From: an uncultured Bacilli bacterium
GTDB lineage: Bacteria; Bacillota_I; Bacilli_A; RF39; UBA660
Assembly (NCBI GenBank): GCA_947585665.1
Contig: CANPXE010000002.1
Span: 1,820 to 65,819, forward strand
DNA length: 64,000 bases
Reading direction: 5' to 3'
Below the pieces are notes generated by a model, which worked only from the letters and a program-made list of their open reading frames with translations, was not told where the DNA came from and did no database searches. Shown here in pieces: positions 9,877 to 19,461 of the stretch. Within the stretch, counting starts at the first letter, position 1. Every line of letters starts with the position of its first letter. The position numbers and the translations under genes were made by a program.

Positions 9877-11454
9877 TTAATTTTTAATATCTCTCTTTAT
9901 GTAAACAATATTTGTCGTCACATATAAAACGACAATGGTAATTATAGATATGATGATACCTCCACCAAGCGAAAGGTCAAATTGATCAAGTATTCGTATG
10001 TACCACTCGCCAGCATCATATATGAGTCCACAATCGAAATACATGAATGGTAAATAGATTAAACTCTTTATTCCAAAATTAGAACAGATGTAGAAAAGAA
10101 TTGGTGGCATAATTCCTAAAATACTGGTGATAGATGCTGTAACAGCGGTATTTAGAGTAACAGTTGATAAAAACAATAAAATACTCAAACAAGCTATGAC
10201 AGGAATACCAGAAACAAGCATCTGAATTAATAAATATAAGAAATAATTTACTTCTACAACCTTACTACCAGTATAGACGAGTTTTGGTAATAATAAATCA
10301 TTAAATCCTAGTCTAAAGCCGGCATAAAAATACATTATGACTAGACCAATTAACCAAATAATATACATGTGTAAAATCAAATATATGAACTTACTAAGTA
10401 ATATTTTCCACCTTTTAACAGGTGAAGAAATTAAATTTTTAATCGTTCCTTTATTGTGCTCACCACTAATAATACCACTACTTGTAATCGCAACTAAAAT
10501 GATGACGACAAGCGATAGATGAAATACTTTATTAGTCAAATGTTTGCTAGTTGTATAAGTTTTACGATGATCTGGTCCACGCCACTCTGTATAAGATATA
10601 TCATGTGGAATATTGTGCTTACTACTATAAATAATGATAGCACTCTTCTCTTTCCTTTTATCATTTTTTTCTATTTTAAAACAATCCTTGATGTATTCTT
10701 CCTTTTGTTCTTCAGTCTCAAAAGTGACCGCTACATCATCTAACGAATCACACTTTCTTGGCTCCGAATATTGAAGATAGTTTAATACTCTAAAGTCTTT
10801 AGCATCTTCTATTTTTTCATCAATTATTATTTTAGCTAGTTCCTTTTCATTTGAACTCATTGATTCATTAAGACCATTAGCATTTTGATATGATAGATAT
10901 AAATAATACTTATTCTCTTTTAAAAGTTTCTCATAGTCATCAATAATTTTATTATTTTCTTTTTCAAGGGCATCAACATCATCACTCTCACACAAGAACT
11001 TTGAATTAGAATAAAAACCTCTAGGATGATAATCAACCATACTAGATGAGTTACATATGGCGTTTATATTAATCTGTTCAGGATACTCACGATATATCTC
11101 AATGGCTTTATTTTCCATCAATTTTTCTCTAATAGAAACTAATAAATCCAAACGCCAATCATCACCGATCTCATTCTCATAGATATATTTATAAGTTTCT
11201 AATTCAACACGAAAATAATATAGTTCATATTCATCATCAAGACTCTTATCTTCTATAGCTAATAACTGTTGGTATCTATTATTAATCGTCTCAATCGCAT
11301 CTTTACCTGATATTTGAACAGACCTATCATCTAAAAATAGAAATCCTTCACCTAAAACAAGTACTGATATAAACATTGTTAATATTATTAATAATAATTT
11401 TTTAATGCTATAGTTCTTTATAAATTCACTTCTAATTAAATTAATAAATTTCAT
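9877..11454 (-). CDS. ABC-2 type transporter permease, large paralog B
   Basis: 525 aa; N-terminal TM, about 270 aa acidic extracytoplasmic domain, C-terminal TM bundle with SGIISGEHNKGTIKNLISSPVKRWKILLSKFIYLILH (E-x-x-GT motif of ABC-2 lantibiotic-immunity-type permeases). About 60% identical to the adjacent paralog in the C-terminal half. Confidence 0.5.
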   Translation of the reverse strand: MKFINLIRSEFIKNYSIKKLLLIILTMFISVLVLGEGFLFLDDRSVQISGKDAIETINNRYQQLLAIEDKSLDDEYELYYFRVELETYKYIYENEIGDDWRLDLLVSIREKLMENKAIEIYREYPEQININAICNSSSMVDYHPRGFYSNSKFLCESDDVDALEKENNKIIDDYEKLLKENKYYLYLSYQNANGLNESMSSNEKELAKIIIDEKIEDAKDFRVLNYLQYSEPRKCDSLDDVAVTFETEEQKEEYIKDCFKIEKNDKRKEKSAIIIYSSKHNIPHDISYTEWRGPDHRKTYTTSKHLTNKVFHLSLVVIILVAITSSGIISGEHNKGTIKNLISSPVKRWKILLSKFIYLILHMYIIWLIGLVIMYFYAGFRLGFNDLLLPKLVYTGSKVVEVNYFLYLLIQMLVSGIPVIACLSILLFLSTVTLNTAVTASITSILGIMPPILFYICSNFGIKSLIYLPFMYFDCGLIYDAGEWYIRILDQFDLSLGGGIIISIITIVVLYVTTNIVYIKRDIKN

Positions 11455-11464
11455 ATTATCACCC

Positions 11465-13078
11465 CTAACTCTTAATATCTCTTTTTAGGTAAATGATATT
11501 AGTAATACCATACAAAACAATAATAGTAATTAAAGAAGCAACTATTCCTATACCTAAATTCATATTAACTTTCTTTAAGATATTGGTATAAAACTCATGT
11601 TTATTAAATATAAATCCACAATCAAAATATGGTAGTGGTGTATATATAAGAAAATTTAAATTAAAATGTGAACACATAAAATATAAAATTGATGGGATTA
11701 TTGCTAAAACAGTCATAACACTTGTTGTTAAAGCTGTATTTAAAGTAACAGTTGATAAAAAGAATAAAATACTTAAAAAAGCTATAACCGGGATACTTGC
11801 GAAAAACAAGTCTTTCAATAGATATAGATAATAATTTACTTCAACGACTTTTCCACCTGAATAGATAAGTTTTGGTGTAATTAAATCAGTAAAACCAAAT
11901 TTAATTCCAGCATAAATACTCAAAACAACGACACCAATTAACCAAATGATATATGTATGTAGAATTAAATAAATAAATTTACTAAGTAAAATTTTATATC
12001 TCTTAACGGGTGTTGTAATAATATTTTTAATTGTTCCCTTACTATGTTCATTACTTACAATACCACTACTTGTAATGCATACTAGAATTAGAACAATAAT
12101 TGTTAAATGAAAAGATTGATTAACCATTGTTTTGCTAGTGACGTAGTCAAAAGAATTATTAATCATTCCTGAATAAGTCGTTTTATCAAAGACTAAATCA
12201 TGTTTAATATTATTTTTTAAACTATACAAAATAATCTTTTTATCTTTTTCCACGTCTTTTTCTAATATCTTTTGATACCTAACATAATCTTCATAGGAAG
12301 AATAACCATAGGTAGCATAACTTTCATTATAAGTTTTTTCATCACTGATATCACTAATTGGTAAGTTACTGTATTGTAAAAAAGATAATGCTCGCCAATC
12401 ATTTACATCTTCTACTTTTTTATCAATGACTAATTTAGCTACCTTCACTTCATCGGGATAAGTCATACCTTGGTCAACTAAATATTGTAAATATAAATAG
12501 TATTTATTTTCTTTTAATAATTTAGAATCATCATCAATCATCTTTTCTCTTTCAGCAATTTTCTTATCTAAGTCTTTATCATTATAATGATCACATCTTG
12601 TTGCGATTTGCGCTACAAAACTAGATGCATAACCATCACCAAATTCCGTCGGTTTATAACTATCATTTGAACAAATATTTTTTATGAAAGAATTATCAAT
12701 ATTATCAAGAATTAATTTATCAAGATAATTATTATCCAAATAAAAGTTAATTTCCATCAATAGTCTATTGCGCCAATCATAATCGGAAGATGAAACTTTA
12801 TTTTTGGCAATGTATTCATTCATTTCTTTGGCAATATTCATTTCATACAATTTGTATTCTTCTTCAAAAGATTTATTTTCTTTAGCACTTAATTCTTTAT
12901 ATTCATACTCATCAAAATGAAAGTAAGCATAATTATCACCAGTATCTTTTTGATAAAACCTATTAGTAAATTCAACTAGACCAACACCAAAAATGGTAAT
13001 TACTAAAATAATGAAGAGTAGTTTTTTTAAACTATAGTTTTTAACGAATTCACTTTTAACTAAATTAAATATTTTCAT
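11465..13078 (-). CDS. ABC-2 type transporter permease, large paralog A
   Basis: 537 aa; same architecture and C-terminal motif (SGIVSNEHSKGTIKNIITTPVKRYKILLSKFIYLILH); tandem duplicate. Confidence 0.5.
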   Translation of the reverse strand: MKIFNLVKSEFVKNYSLKKLLFIILVITIFGVGLVEFTNRFYQKDTGDNYAYFHFDEYEYKELSAKENKSFEEEYKLYEMNIAKEMNEYIAKNKVSSSDYDWRNRLLMEINFYLDNNYLDKLILDNIDNSFIKNICSNDSYKPTEFGDGYASSFVAQIATRCDHYNDKDLDKKIAEREKMIDDDSKLLKENKYYLYLQYLVDQGMTYPDEVKVAKLVIDKKVEDVNDWRALSFLQYSNLPISDISDEKTYNESYATYGYSSYEDYVRYQKILEKDVEKDKKIILYSLKNNIKHDLVFDKTTYSGMINNSFDYVTSKTMVNQSFHLTIIVLILVCITSSGIVSNEHSKGTIKNIITTPVKRYKILLSKFIYLILHTYIIWLIGVVVLSIYAGIKFGFTDLITPKLIYSGGKVVEVNYYLYLLKDLFFASIPVIAFLSILFFLSTVTLNTALTTSVMTVLAIIPSILYFMCSHFNLNFLIYTPLPYFDCGFIFNKHEFYTNILKKVNMNLGIGIVASLITIIVLYGITNIIYLKRDIKS

Positions 13079-13085
13079 AATGCAC

Positions 13086-14048
13086 CTATTTTTTGTCCTT
13101 CTCAGTCTTAGAAAAATATTCCTCTTCTAAACTGATGTTTTTATATTTAACTTCTTCAATACCAAATTCACTATTTACTTTACCTTCATCAATTATGAGA
13201 ATACGATCACATATATTTTCAACTTCTGATAAAATATGACTACTAATCAAAATACTCATATTTTCTTCACGTGAAATTTTTCTTAAAATACCTCTTAATT
13301 CTTTTATTCCTAAAGGATCTAAACCATTTGTTGGTTCATCTAATATTAAAAGTTTTGGTCTTTTAATAAGAGCATTCGCAAGTCCTAAACGCTGTTTCAT
13401 ACCTAATGAATACTTTTTTACTTTATCATCAATACGATCTTCAAGTTTGACAAACTTAATCATTTTCTCAATGTATTCTTTATCTTTTATATCATTGATA
13501 AGAGCTGTTATCTTTAGATTTTTTCGTCCACTAATGTTTTGATATAAATCTGGATTTTCAATAATTGATCCTGTTTTGGAAAGAGCTTCTTCTAAATCTT
13601 TTTTATTATCATAACCACAAATTTTAACACTTCCCGTATCTTTTTTATAAAGACTTAAAATCGTTTTAATAAGCGTTGTTTTACCAGCACCATTAGGTCC
13701 AATTAAACCGACAATATCTCCTTCATAAATATCAAAAGTAATATTTTTTAATACTTTTCTCTTACCAAAAGATTTAGATAAATTCTTAACTTCTAAAATT
13801 TTACTATGGTGTTCCTTATCTATTTCTTTCTTTTTAAATTTTCTTTCACCATTTAAAAGTTCTTGAACAGTAACATGAAAAATTTCTGCCAACTCTTTTA
13901 AATAATATATATCAGGAGCATTTATTCCTCTTTCCCATTTTGATACAGAATTATCCGTTATACCTAATTTATCACCTATTTCTTTTTGAGTATAACCTTG
14001 TTCCATACGAAGTTCCGCAATAAATTTGCCCATTTTCTCTTGATTCAT
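13086..14048 (-). CDS. XRE-family HTH domain fused to ABC transporter ATP-binding protein
   Basis: N-terminal HTH_XRE (GYTQKEIGDKLGITDNSVSKWERGINAPDIYYLKELAEIFHVTVQEL), then Walker A GPNGAGKTT, signature SLGMKQRLGLANAL and Walker B LLILDEPTNGLD. Confidence 0.75.
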   Translation of the reverse strand: MNQEKMGKFIAELRMEQGYTQKEIGDKLGITDNSVSKWERGINAPDIYYLKELAEIFHVTVQELLNGERKFKKKEIDKEHHSKILEVKNLSKSFGKRKVLKNITFDIYEGDIVGLIGPNGAGKTTLIKTILSLYKKDTGSVKICGYDNKKDLEEALSKTGSIIENPDLYQNISGRKNLKITALINDIKDKEYIEKMIKFVKLEDRIDDKVKKYSLGMKQRLGLANALIKRPKLLILDEPTNGLDPLGIKELRGILRKISREENMSILISSHILSEVENICDRILIIDEGKVNSEFGIEEVKYKNISLEEEYFSKTEKDKK

Positions 14049-14121
14049 AATTTCACCTCATAAGAAAATTATATAAAAATTAACAAAAAAAACAATGACT
14101 TATTAAGTCAGTGTTCTTTTT

Positions 14122-14643
14122 CTATTTTTGCGTATCTTTTTTCTTTAACGATGCATCATTAACAAATTCTTTTCGTGCTTGATAAGATGAACTTTGCCCT
14201 AATTGAAAAGATGTTACACGTTGTTCTTCAACATAACCAAAATCCTTTTTTAAATCTTTATCAAATACTAACATGAGTGTCGTGTCAATAACCTTAGTTG
14301 GTGTCTCTAACCAACAATGTCCGCCCTCTTTTTCGGCATTCAAAGTTCCTTTTAAAATTGGTAATATACCACTTACGATATCGACATCATCATAAGAAAA
14401 ACTCAACTGCCTAGATGCTCCTACACAATTGCCAATGTTATAACCCAAAGTAAACATATCAATGAATTCTTTCATATCAGGAACTAATGATACAAAATTT
14501 TGTGAACATATCTTATTCCATTCATTCTCATCAAAAAATCTAAGTTTACCTTTTTCCATATTTTCTTTTACAACACTTTGAAAATGTTCATCACCATTAT
14601 AAAATTTCCAAAACAAATCATATGCTTTTATATTTGTATCCAT
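14122..14643 (-). CDS. Hypothetical protein (173 aa)
   Basis: ORF with plausible RBS; no recognisable family. Confidence 0.3.
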   Translation of the reverse strand: MDTNIKAYDLFWKFYNGDEHFQSVVKENMEKGKLRFFDENEWNKICSQNFVSLVPDMKEFIDMFTLGYNIGNCVGASRQLSFSYDDVDIVSGILPILKGTLNAEKEGGHCWLETPTKVIDTTLMLVFDKDLKKDFGYVEEQRVTSFQLGQSSSYQARKEFVNDASLKKKDTQK

Positions 14644-14721
14644 AATATCAACTTCCTAATTTAAATATATAAAAATTTAAGAATAAGTGCAACAAAAAAA
14701 GAATTTAATAGATAAATATTT

Positions 14722-15018
14722 CTAATTAATTCTCTTTACTTTCTGTTTAACACCATACTTACTTTCTAAATCTTTTAAATACTTTTCATAATTAACTATA
14801 TATACTCCAACTGACATTGTATCTTTTTTCATTCCCGGATACTTTTGTGGTTTACCTATTTTAATACCATAATTTTCTTTCAACCAAACAAGATATTCAG
14901 AATAAGTATCAGTTCCAGGAATTATTGCTAAACCGACTCTAAAAGAATCTGTAAAATTAGAATAAAACAAACCATCATCAGTTACTATATTATTAGAAGT
15001 ACAATCTTTTTCTTTCAT
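14722..15018 (-). CDS. Hypothetical protein (98 aa)
   Basis: ORF only. Confidence 0.25.
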   Translation of the reverse strand: MKEKDCTSNNIVTDDGLFYSNFTDSFRVGLAIIPGTDTYSEYLVWLKENYGIKIGKPQKYPGMKKDTMSVGVYIVNYEKYLKDLESKYGVKQKVKRIN

Positions 15019-15141
15019 ATAATCCCCTCCTTAAAATCGTTCATATTTTAACATAAATTAATATATAATGCAAGAAACAATAATTTTGTCTTTTCTTATT
15101 CCCAATAAAATTTATATAAATATATGTTATAATCTTTATAG

Positions 15142-15507
15142 GTGATTAAAATGATTTCTAATGGTATAGATATAGTTGAAATAGAAAGATTTTCTAAACT
15201 CATTAATGATAATAATTTTCTAAATAAATATTTTACTTCTAATGAATTGGACTACATAAAAAAAAGAAATAATAATCTTAGTACAATTGCAGGAATTTAT
15301 GCTAGTAAAGAAGCTTTTTTAAAAGCTATTAAGAAAAGAATGAATATTTATCCTATTAATGATATTGAAATATTACACAATGAAGAAAATGCTCCTTATA
15401 TAGTTCTTCATAATCAAATAAAAAAAGATATAGAATACCAAAGTATTTCTATATCTATATCACACGATGGCCATTACGCCATTGCTGAAGTCATAATATT
15501 ATTTTAA
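15142..15507 (+). CDS. acpS: Holo-[acyl-carrier-protein] synthase (4'-phosphopantetheinyl transferase)
   Basis: 121 aa; GIDIVEIERF N-terminus, YASKEAFLKA and ISISHDGHYAIA motifs typical of AcpS. Confidence 0.85.
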   Translation: MIKMISNGIDIVEIERFSKLINDNNFLNKYFTSNELDYIKKRNNNLSTIAGIYASKEAFLKAIKKRMNIYPINDIEILHNEENAPYIVLHNQIKKDIEYQSISISISHDGHYAIAEVIILF

Positions 15508-16455
15508 ATTATTCTTGTAAATGCGATATGCTTCATTCCAAGACTGGTATTTTTCATCATTACGATGATCTTCTAATAAACCAGTCTTTTTTAAATACTC
15601 ACCAATGAATTTAGATACTTTTTTAGCACCCCAATAATTTAAATGTACTCCTCTATCTTTAGTTTCTTTAGTCCAGTCAATTTTTAAAGGATTATCTTTA
15701 TTTAAATCAATATATTCAAGGCCATATTTCTTAGCTAATTTACTAATAGCATTATATCTTTCATAAGTGAAATTATAATAGTTAGGATTAGTAATTAAAA
15801 CTAATTTAACATTCTTTTCTTCGCTCAAATCAACCATTTTTTGAAAAGCATCAAGATTCGCTTTAGGAATTCTCATTGCTTTTTTTGTCTCCTTTAATTC
15901 TTTTTGCTCAGTAACACCTTTAATCTTATGGATGTACTTATAACCTTTATAAACATTAAGTTCTGTAAAATCGTCACCTGTATTTAAAAATTTTAATGTC
16001 TTTTCTTTCCAATTATTGTGATAGGTTGAAAGAGGAAAAAACTTTTTAAATGTTTGGTCAAAGTAACGATCAATAGGAATGTTTTTTTCATCTCTAAATA
16101 AAACATCAGCCTCAAAAAACGCAACCTTCGGATGTTGACTCTCAATAGATTCATACAACATCTCATAAGATATAGGTGTAAGTTGTGACATACCAACACA
16201 ATCAAAAATAGTATAACCAAACTCATTCCATATTTCCATAGGTGAAATTGCTGAATAAACAACACTATCACCAATGAAAATAGCATCAATAGTATTTTCT
16301 TCTTCTTGTAATATTTCAAATTCTCCAGTCTTAATAATACCATACTTCTTAGTATTGTTACCAGGAATTAAAAGATAGGATAAACCATAGTAAATCAATG
16401 CAAAAATTAATGCAAACAATATACTTTTAACTACAATTATTAATTTATCTTTCAT
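15499..16455 (-). CDS. DltD-like membrane-anchored SGNH-fold acyltransferase
   Basis: N-terminal TM helix then a FIGDSVVYS block (GDS motif). It is the last gene of the dltA'-decarboxylase-dltC'-dltB' operon, separated from dltB' by 8 nt. Confidence 0.5.
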   Translation of the reverse strand: MKDKLIIVVKSILFALIFALIYYGLSYLLIPGNNTKKYGIIKTGEFEILQEEENTIDAIFIGDSVVYSAISPMEIWNEFGYTIFDCVGMSQLTPISYEMLYESIESQHPKVAFFEADVLFRDEKNIPIDRYFDQTFKKFFPLSTYHNNWKEKTLKFLNTGDDFTELNVYKGYKYIHKIKGVTEQKELKETKKAMRIPKANLDAFQKMVDLSEEKNVKLVLITNPNYYNFTYERYNAISKLAKKYGLEYIDLNKDNPLKIDWTKETKDRGVHLNYWGAKKVSKFIGEYLKKTGLLEDHRNDEKYQSWNEAYRIYKNNLK

Positions 16456-16463
16456 AATATCAC

Positions 16464-18047
16464 CTAGAAATCAGCATAAATTGGGTCAACTGGTTCATAT
16501 CCTGGTCCATATGCACCAAATATTAATATACCAAAAATCAAAGCATAATAAATGGCCCATCTTAAAACAATGTGTTTTTTACTTACATCTTCCCTAATAT
16601 TCTTATTGTGCTCTTTTAATACACTAACTACAAGAACGACAATTAAGGCTACAACAATAACAATAAAATCCTTAACATCCAAACCTAAATTAGGAATCTC
16701 ACTACCAATTGATGTAATATCGAAATGTAGGAATATTCTCTTAATCATTCGAAGAGCTGTAGTTAAATTTATAGCTCTAAAGAAGATTTCACCTAAAAAG
16801 ACAAGAAGTGATGTTTTGACAATTTGAAATCCTTTATAAATAGTACTCTTACGATTAATCTTTAACTTTTCACATACTTTTACGATTGTTGGCTCAAAAA
16901 TATTACCTAACAATATTAAAACAAAATGATAATATCCAAATGCTAAAAAGTTATAACCAGCACCATGCCATAAACCATTTAAAGACCATACTGCAAATAA
17001 AGCGATAGCACCCATTACTAAGGAAGACACACGATTATTGATATGCTTACGTAAAAAAGTAGTAAGTTTCTTTACTGGTTTAGAAAGAGAAACAGGATAA
17101 AAGATATAGTCTTTTAACCATGTACCTAAAGAAATGTGCCATCTTGACCAAAAGTCCGTAATATTTTTAGCAAAGAATGGCTGTCTAAAGTTCTCTGGTA
17201 TCTTTATATCAAATACTTCAGCGGAACCAATAACAACATCCATTGTTCCTGAAAACTCCATATAAAGCATAATTGTATAGGCTATAGCACCTAGAGCTAC
17301 AGAAGCACCAGACATATGCATATAACCTTTAAAAATAACTTTAACAACAGCATTAAGACGATCAGCTATTAAGAATTTCTTAAAGAATCCCCAAAGTATT
17401 CTTTGAAATCCAAAGCAAAAATTATGGTAAGTAACTTTACTACCATTATATATACTATCACTTACTTGACCATATCTCGTAATTGGTCCTTCCATTATAG
17501 TTGGAAAGAATGATAAGTACAAAAATACTTTAAAAATATTTTTGTCTGCCTCTATTTTTTCATTATAAACATCTATTACATAAGATAATGCTTGTAATGT
17601 ATAAAAAGATATTCCGATGGGAGCAGCATATTTTAAAATACTAAACCTATGATTAATATTAAAAATATTAAATATTTTATTAGATATCTTCTTAAAAAAG
17701 TTCAAATACTTAAAGAAAAATAGAAACGCAACATTAAATAGAATAGTAAATACTAAAACTATTTTCTTGCGACGTTTATATTTTTCCTTAACTGTTTTTC
17801 GCTCTTCTTTTGATGTTTTCTCTAATTTCTTATCACGTTTTTCATCTATTTTCTTCATAATTAAGCCAGCACCATATATTGAGATTGAAGATAACAATAA
17901 ATAGAAAACTAATTTACCACTGATGTAAAAGAAGAAAGCATAACTAGCAAGTAGTAATACAATTGGTTTTAGTTTCTTTGGTGTAAAATTATAAACAATA
18001 ACTACTGCTAGAAATAGAAGCAAATATTCGACTGAAAGATAAGACAT
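16464..18047 (-). CDS. MBOAT-family membrane O-acyltransferase (DltB/AlgI-like)
   Basis: 527 aa polytopic membrane protein with the MBOAT histidine motif FWSRWHISLGTWL (compare DltB FWRRWHMSL). Its start overlaps the carrier-protein stop. Confidence 0.75.
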   Translation of the reverse strand: MSYLSVEYLLLFLAVVIVYNFTPKKLKPIVLLLASYAFFFYISGKLVFYLLLSSISIYGAGLIMKKIDEKRDKKLEKTSKEERKTVKEKYKRRKKIVLVFTILFNVAFLFFFKYLNFFKKISNKIFNIFNINHRFSILKYAAPIGISFYTLQALSYVIDVYNEKIEADKNIFKVFLYLSFFPTIMEGPITRYGQVSDSIYNGSKVTYHNFCFGFQRILWGFFKKFLIADRLNAVVKVIFKGYMHMSGASVALGAIAYTIMLYMEFSGTMDVVIGSAEVFDIKIPENFRQPFFAKNITDFWSRWHISLGTWLKDYIFYPVSLSKPVKKLTTFLRKHINNRVSSLVMGAIALFAVWSLNGLWHGAGYNFLAFGYYHFVLILLGNIFEPTIVKVCEKLKINRKSTIYKGFQIVKTSLLVFLGEIFFRAINLTTALRMIKRIFLHFDITSIGSEIPNLGLDVKDFIVIVVALIVVLVVSVLKEHNKNIREDVSKKHIVLRWAIYYALIFGILIFGAYGPGYEPVDPIYADF

Positions 18048-18286
18048 TAAATATCCTCTTGTAATCTCTCAATTAGCTCCCAAATCTTTTTAGCTGAATT
18101 AAAGTTAGCTGGTATTATTTCAACTGTTGGAACTTGTACTCCAAATTCACTCTCAATTTCACTAATTAATGAAAGTATTGTCAATGAATCAAGATATCTT
18201 CCATCAACTAAGTCCTCACAAGTTTCATAATCAACTTCTGGTTGTAACTCCTCTAATATTTCGATTAATTTTTCCATCATTCTCAC
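18047..18286 (-). CDS. DltC-like carrier protein (phosphopantetheine attachment site)
   Basis: 79 aa acidic protein; GRYLDSLTILSLISEIESEFGV with the Ser in an LDS motif as in DltC/ACPs. Confidence 0.7.
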   Translation of the reverse strand: MRMMEKLIEILEELQPEVDYETCEDLVDGRYLDSLTILSLISEIESEFGVQVPTVEIIPANFNSAKKIWELIERLQEDI

Positions 18287-18294
18287 TCCTTATA

Positions 18295-19461
18295 TCATAT
18301 TAAATTATTAGGAAAATTTAATTCACTCGTCTTGATGTTATCTCTAACCAGTTTAGTACCCCCCCCGGTATGATTTAGAACGACTTTAGGAAGATCTCTA
18401 CTCAAGAAGAGAGATATTCCTTCAGTACTCGAATAAGCACCAACATTTTTAAAGATAAAAACATCTTCTTTTTGTAATAACTGTGTTGTAATATTCTTTA
18501 CGAGGAAATCATTTATGGTACATAGAGAACCACATAAATTATATGTATCCTCTTGGCCAACTCTTTTAGGTAATATTTCATAATGCGGTATTTTCATTGC
18601 CATCGTTTGTCCATAATAGACAAGATGATTTATACCACCATCTAAAATGACATAGTTACCATACTTATTAGTTTTCATATCAACAACTTTAGTTAGATAA
18701 CTACCACAAGAAGCAGCAATACTTCTTCCAATTTCTAATGATACTTTCTTTTTGGTTATTTTGTCAAGAATTCTTTTTATTTCAGCAAGAAAAGCATCTT
18801 CGTCAAACTCATCACCAACATAATAGAAAACTGGTAATCCTGGACCATACTCTATCTCTTTTATCTCTACTTTTAAGTCATTTTCAATATGAGAAACAAA
18901 TTCGATTAAATGGTCTATCTCTTTTTCTATTCTAACTAAAGAATGCTTTTGTGTTCCTGAAAAGTATTCTATTCCATCAATCGTCATCAAAGGATTCTGA
19001 TGATTCTTTATAAGTTCTTCAACTTCACTTTCCGTAACACCAAATTGATTACCACTGGTAAGACGAATCAAGATATTTATCTTACGATTATATTTTCTAG
19101 TAAGTTCATCTAATAATTCGTATTGACTAACTGATTCAATCGTATATTTCAATATATCATCATAGTTCTTAATCATGTTTTCAATTGTTGGTCTATCTTT
19201 ATATACACCTGATATGACCATCTTTTGATGATTAATTTTTAGTTTATTGCAAATATCAAATTCCCCAGGACTACATATTTCATAACGATCAACATTCTCC
19301 TCAAGACTTTTCGCAATAAAAGTATTGGCTTTGACAGCATAAACTAAATCATAACCAGCTAATTTACTACGCAAATAGGAAATTCTCTCTAAAAGAGTAT
19401 CAATATCATAGACATAAGTAGGAGTTCCATACTCTTTAATGATTTTTTCATAATCAACCAT
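18295..19461 (-). CDS. PLP-dependent decarboxylase, Orn/DAP/Arg decarboxylase (alanine-racemase-fold, type III) family
   Basis: 388 aa; PLP-lysine motif VYAVKAN, SPGEFD (GE motif), EIGRSIAA (EPGR-like) and the active-site Cys region LCGSLCTINDF (CESGD-like). Its start overlaps the dltA' stop. Confidence 0.75.
   Translation of the reverse strand: MVDYEKIIKEYGTPTYVYDIDTLLERISYLRSKLAGYDLVYAVKANTFIAKSLEENVDRYEICSPGEFDICNKLKINHQKMVISGVYKDRPTIENMIKNYDDILKYTIESVSQYELLDELTRKYNRKINILIRLTSGNQFGVTESEVEELIKNHQNPLMTIDGIEYFSGTQKHSLVRIEKEIDHLIEFVSHIENDLKVEIKEIEYGPGLPVFYYVGDEFDEDAFLAEIKRILDKITKKKVSLEIGRSIAASCGSYLTKVVDMKTNKYGNYVILDGGINHLVYYGQTMAMKIPHYEILPKRVGQEDTYNLCGSLCTINDFLVKNITTQLLQKEDVFIFKNVGAYSSTEGISLFLSRDLPKVVLNHTGGGTKLVRDNIKTSELNFPNNLI

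Noticed and set aside
15993-16343. 116-aa alternative-frame ORF inside the DltD-like gene
   Set aside because: It is wholly embedded in the same-strand 318-aa gene in another frame, and its Leu/Phe/Lys-rich product is typical of AT-rich frame noise.
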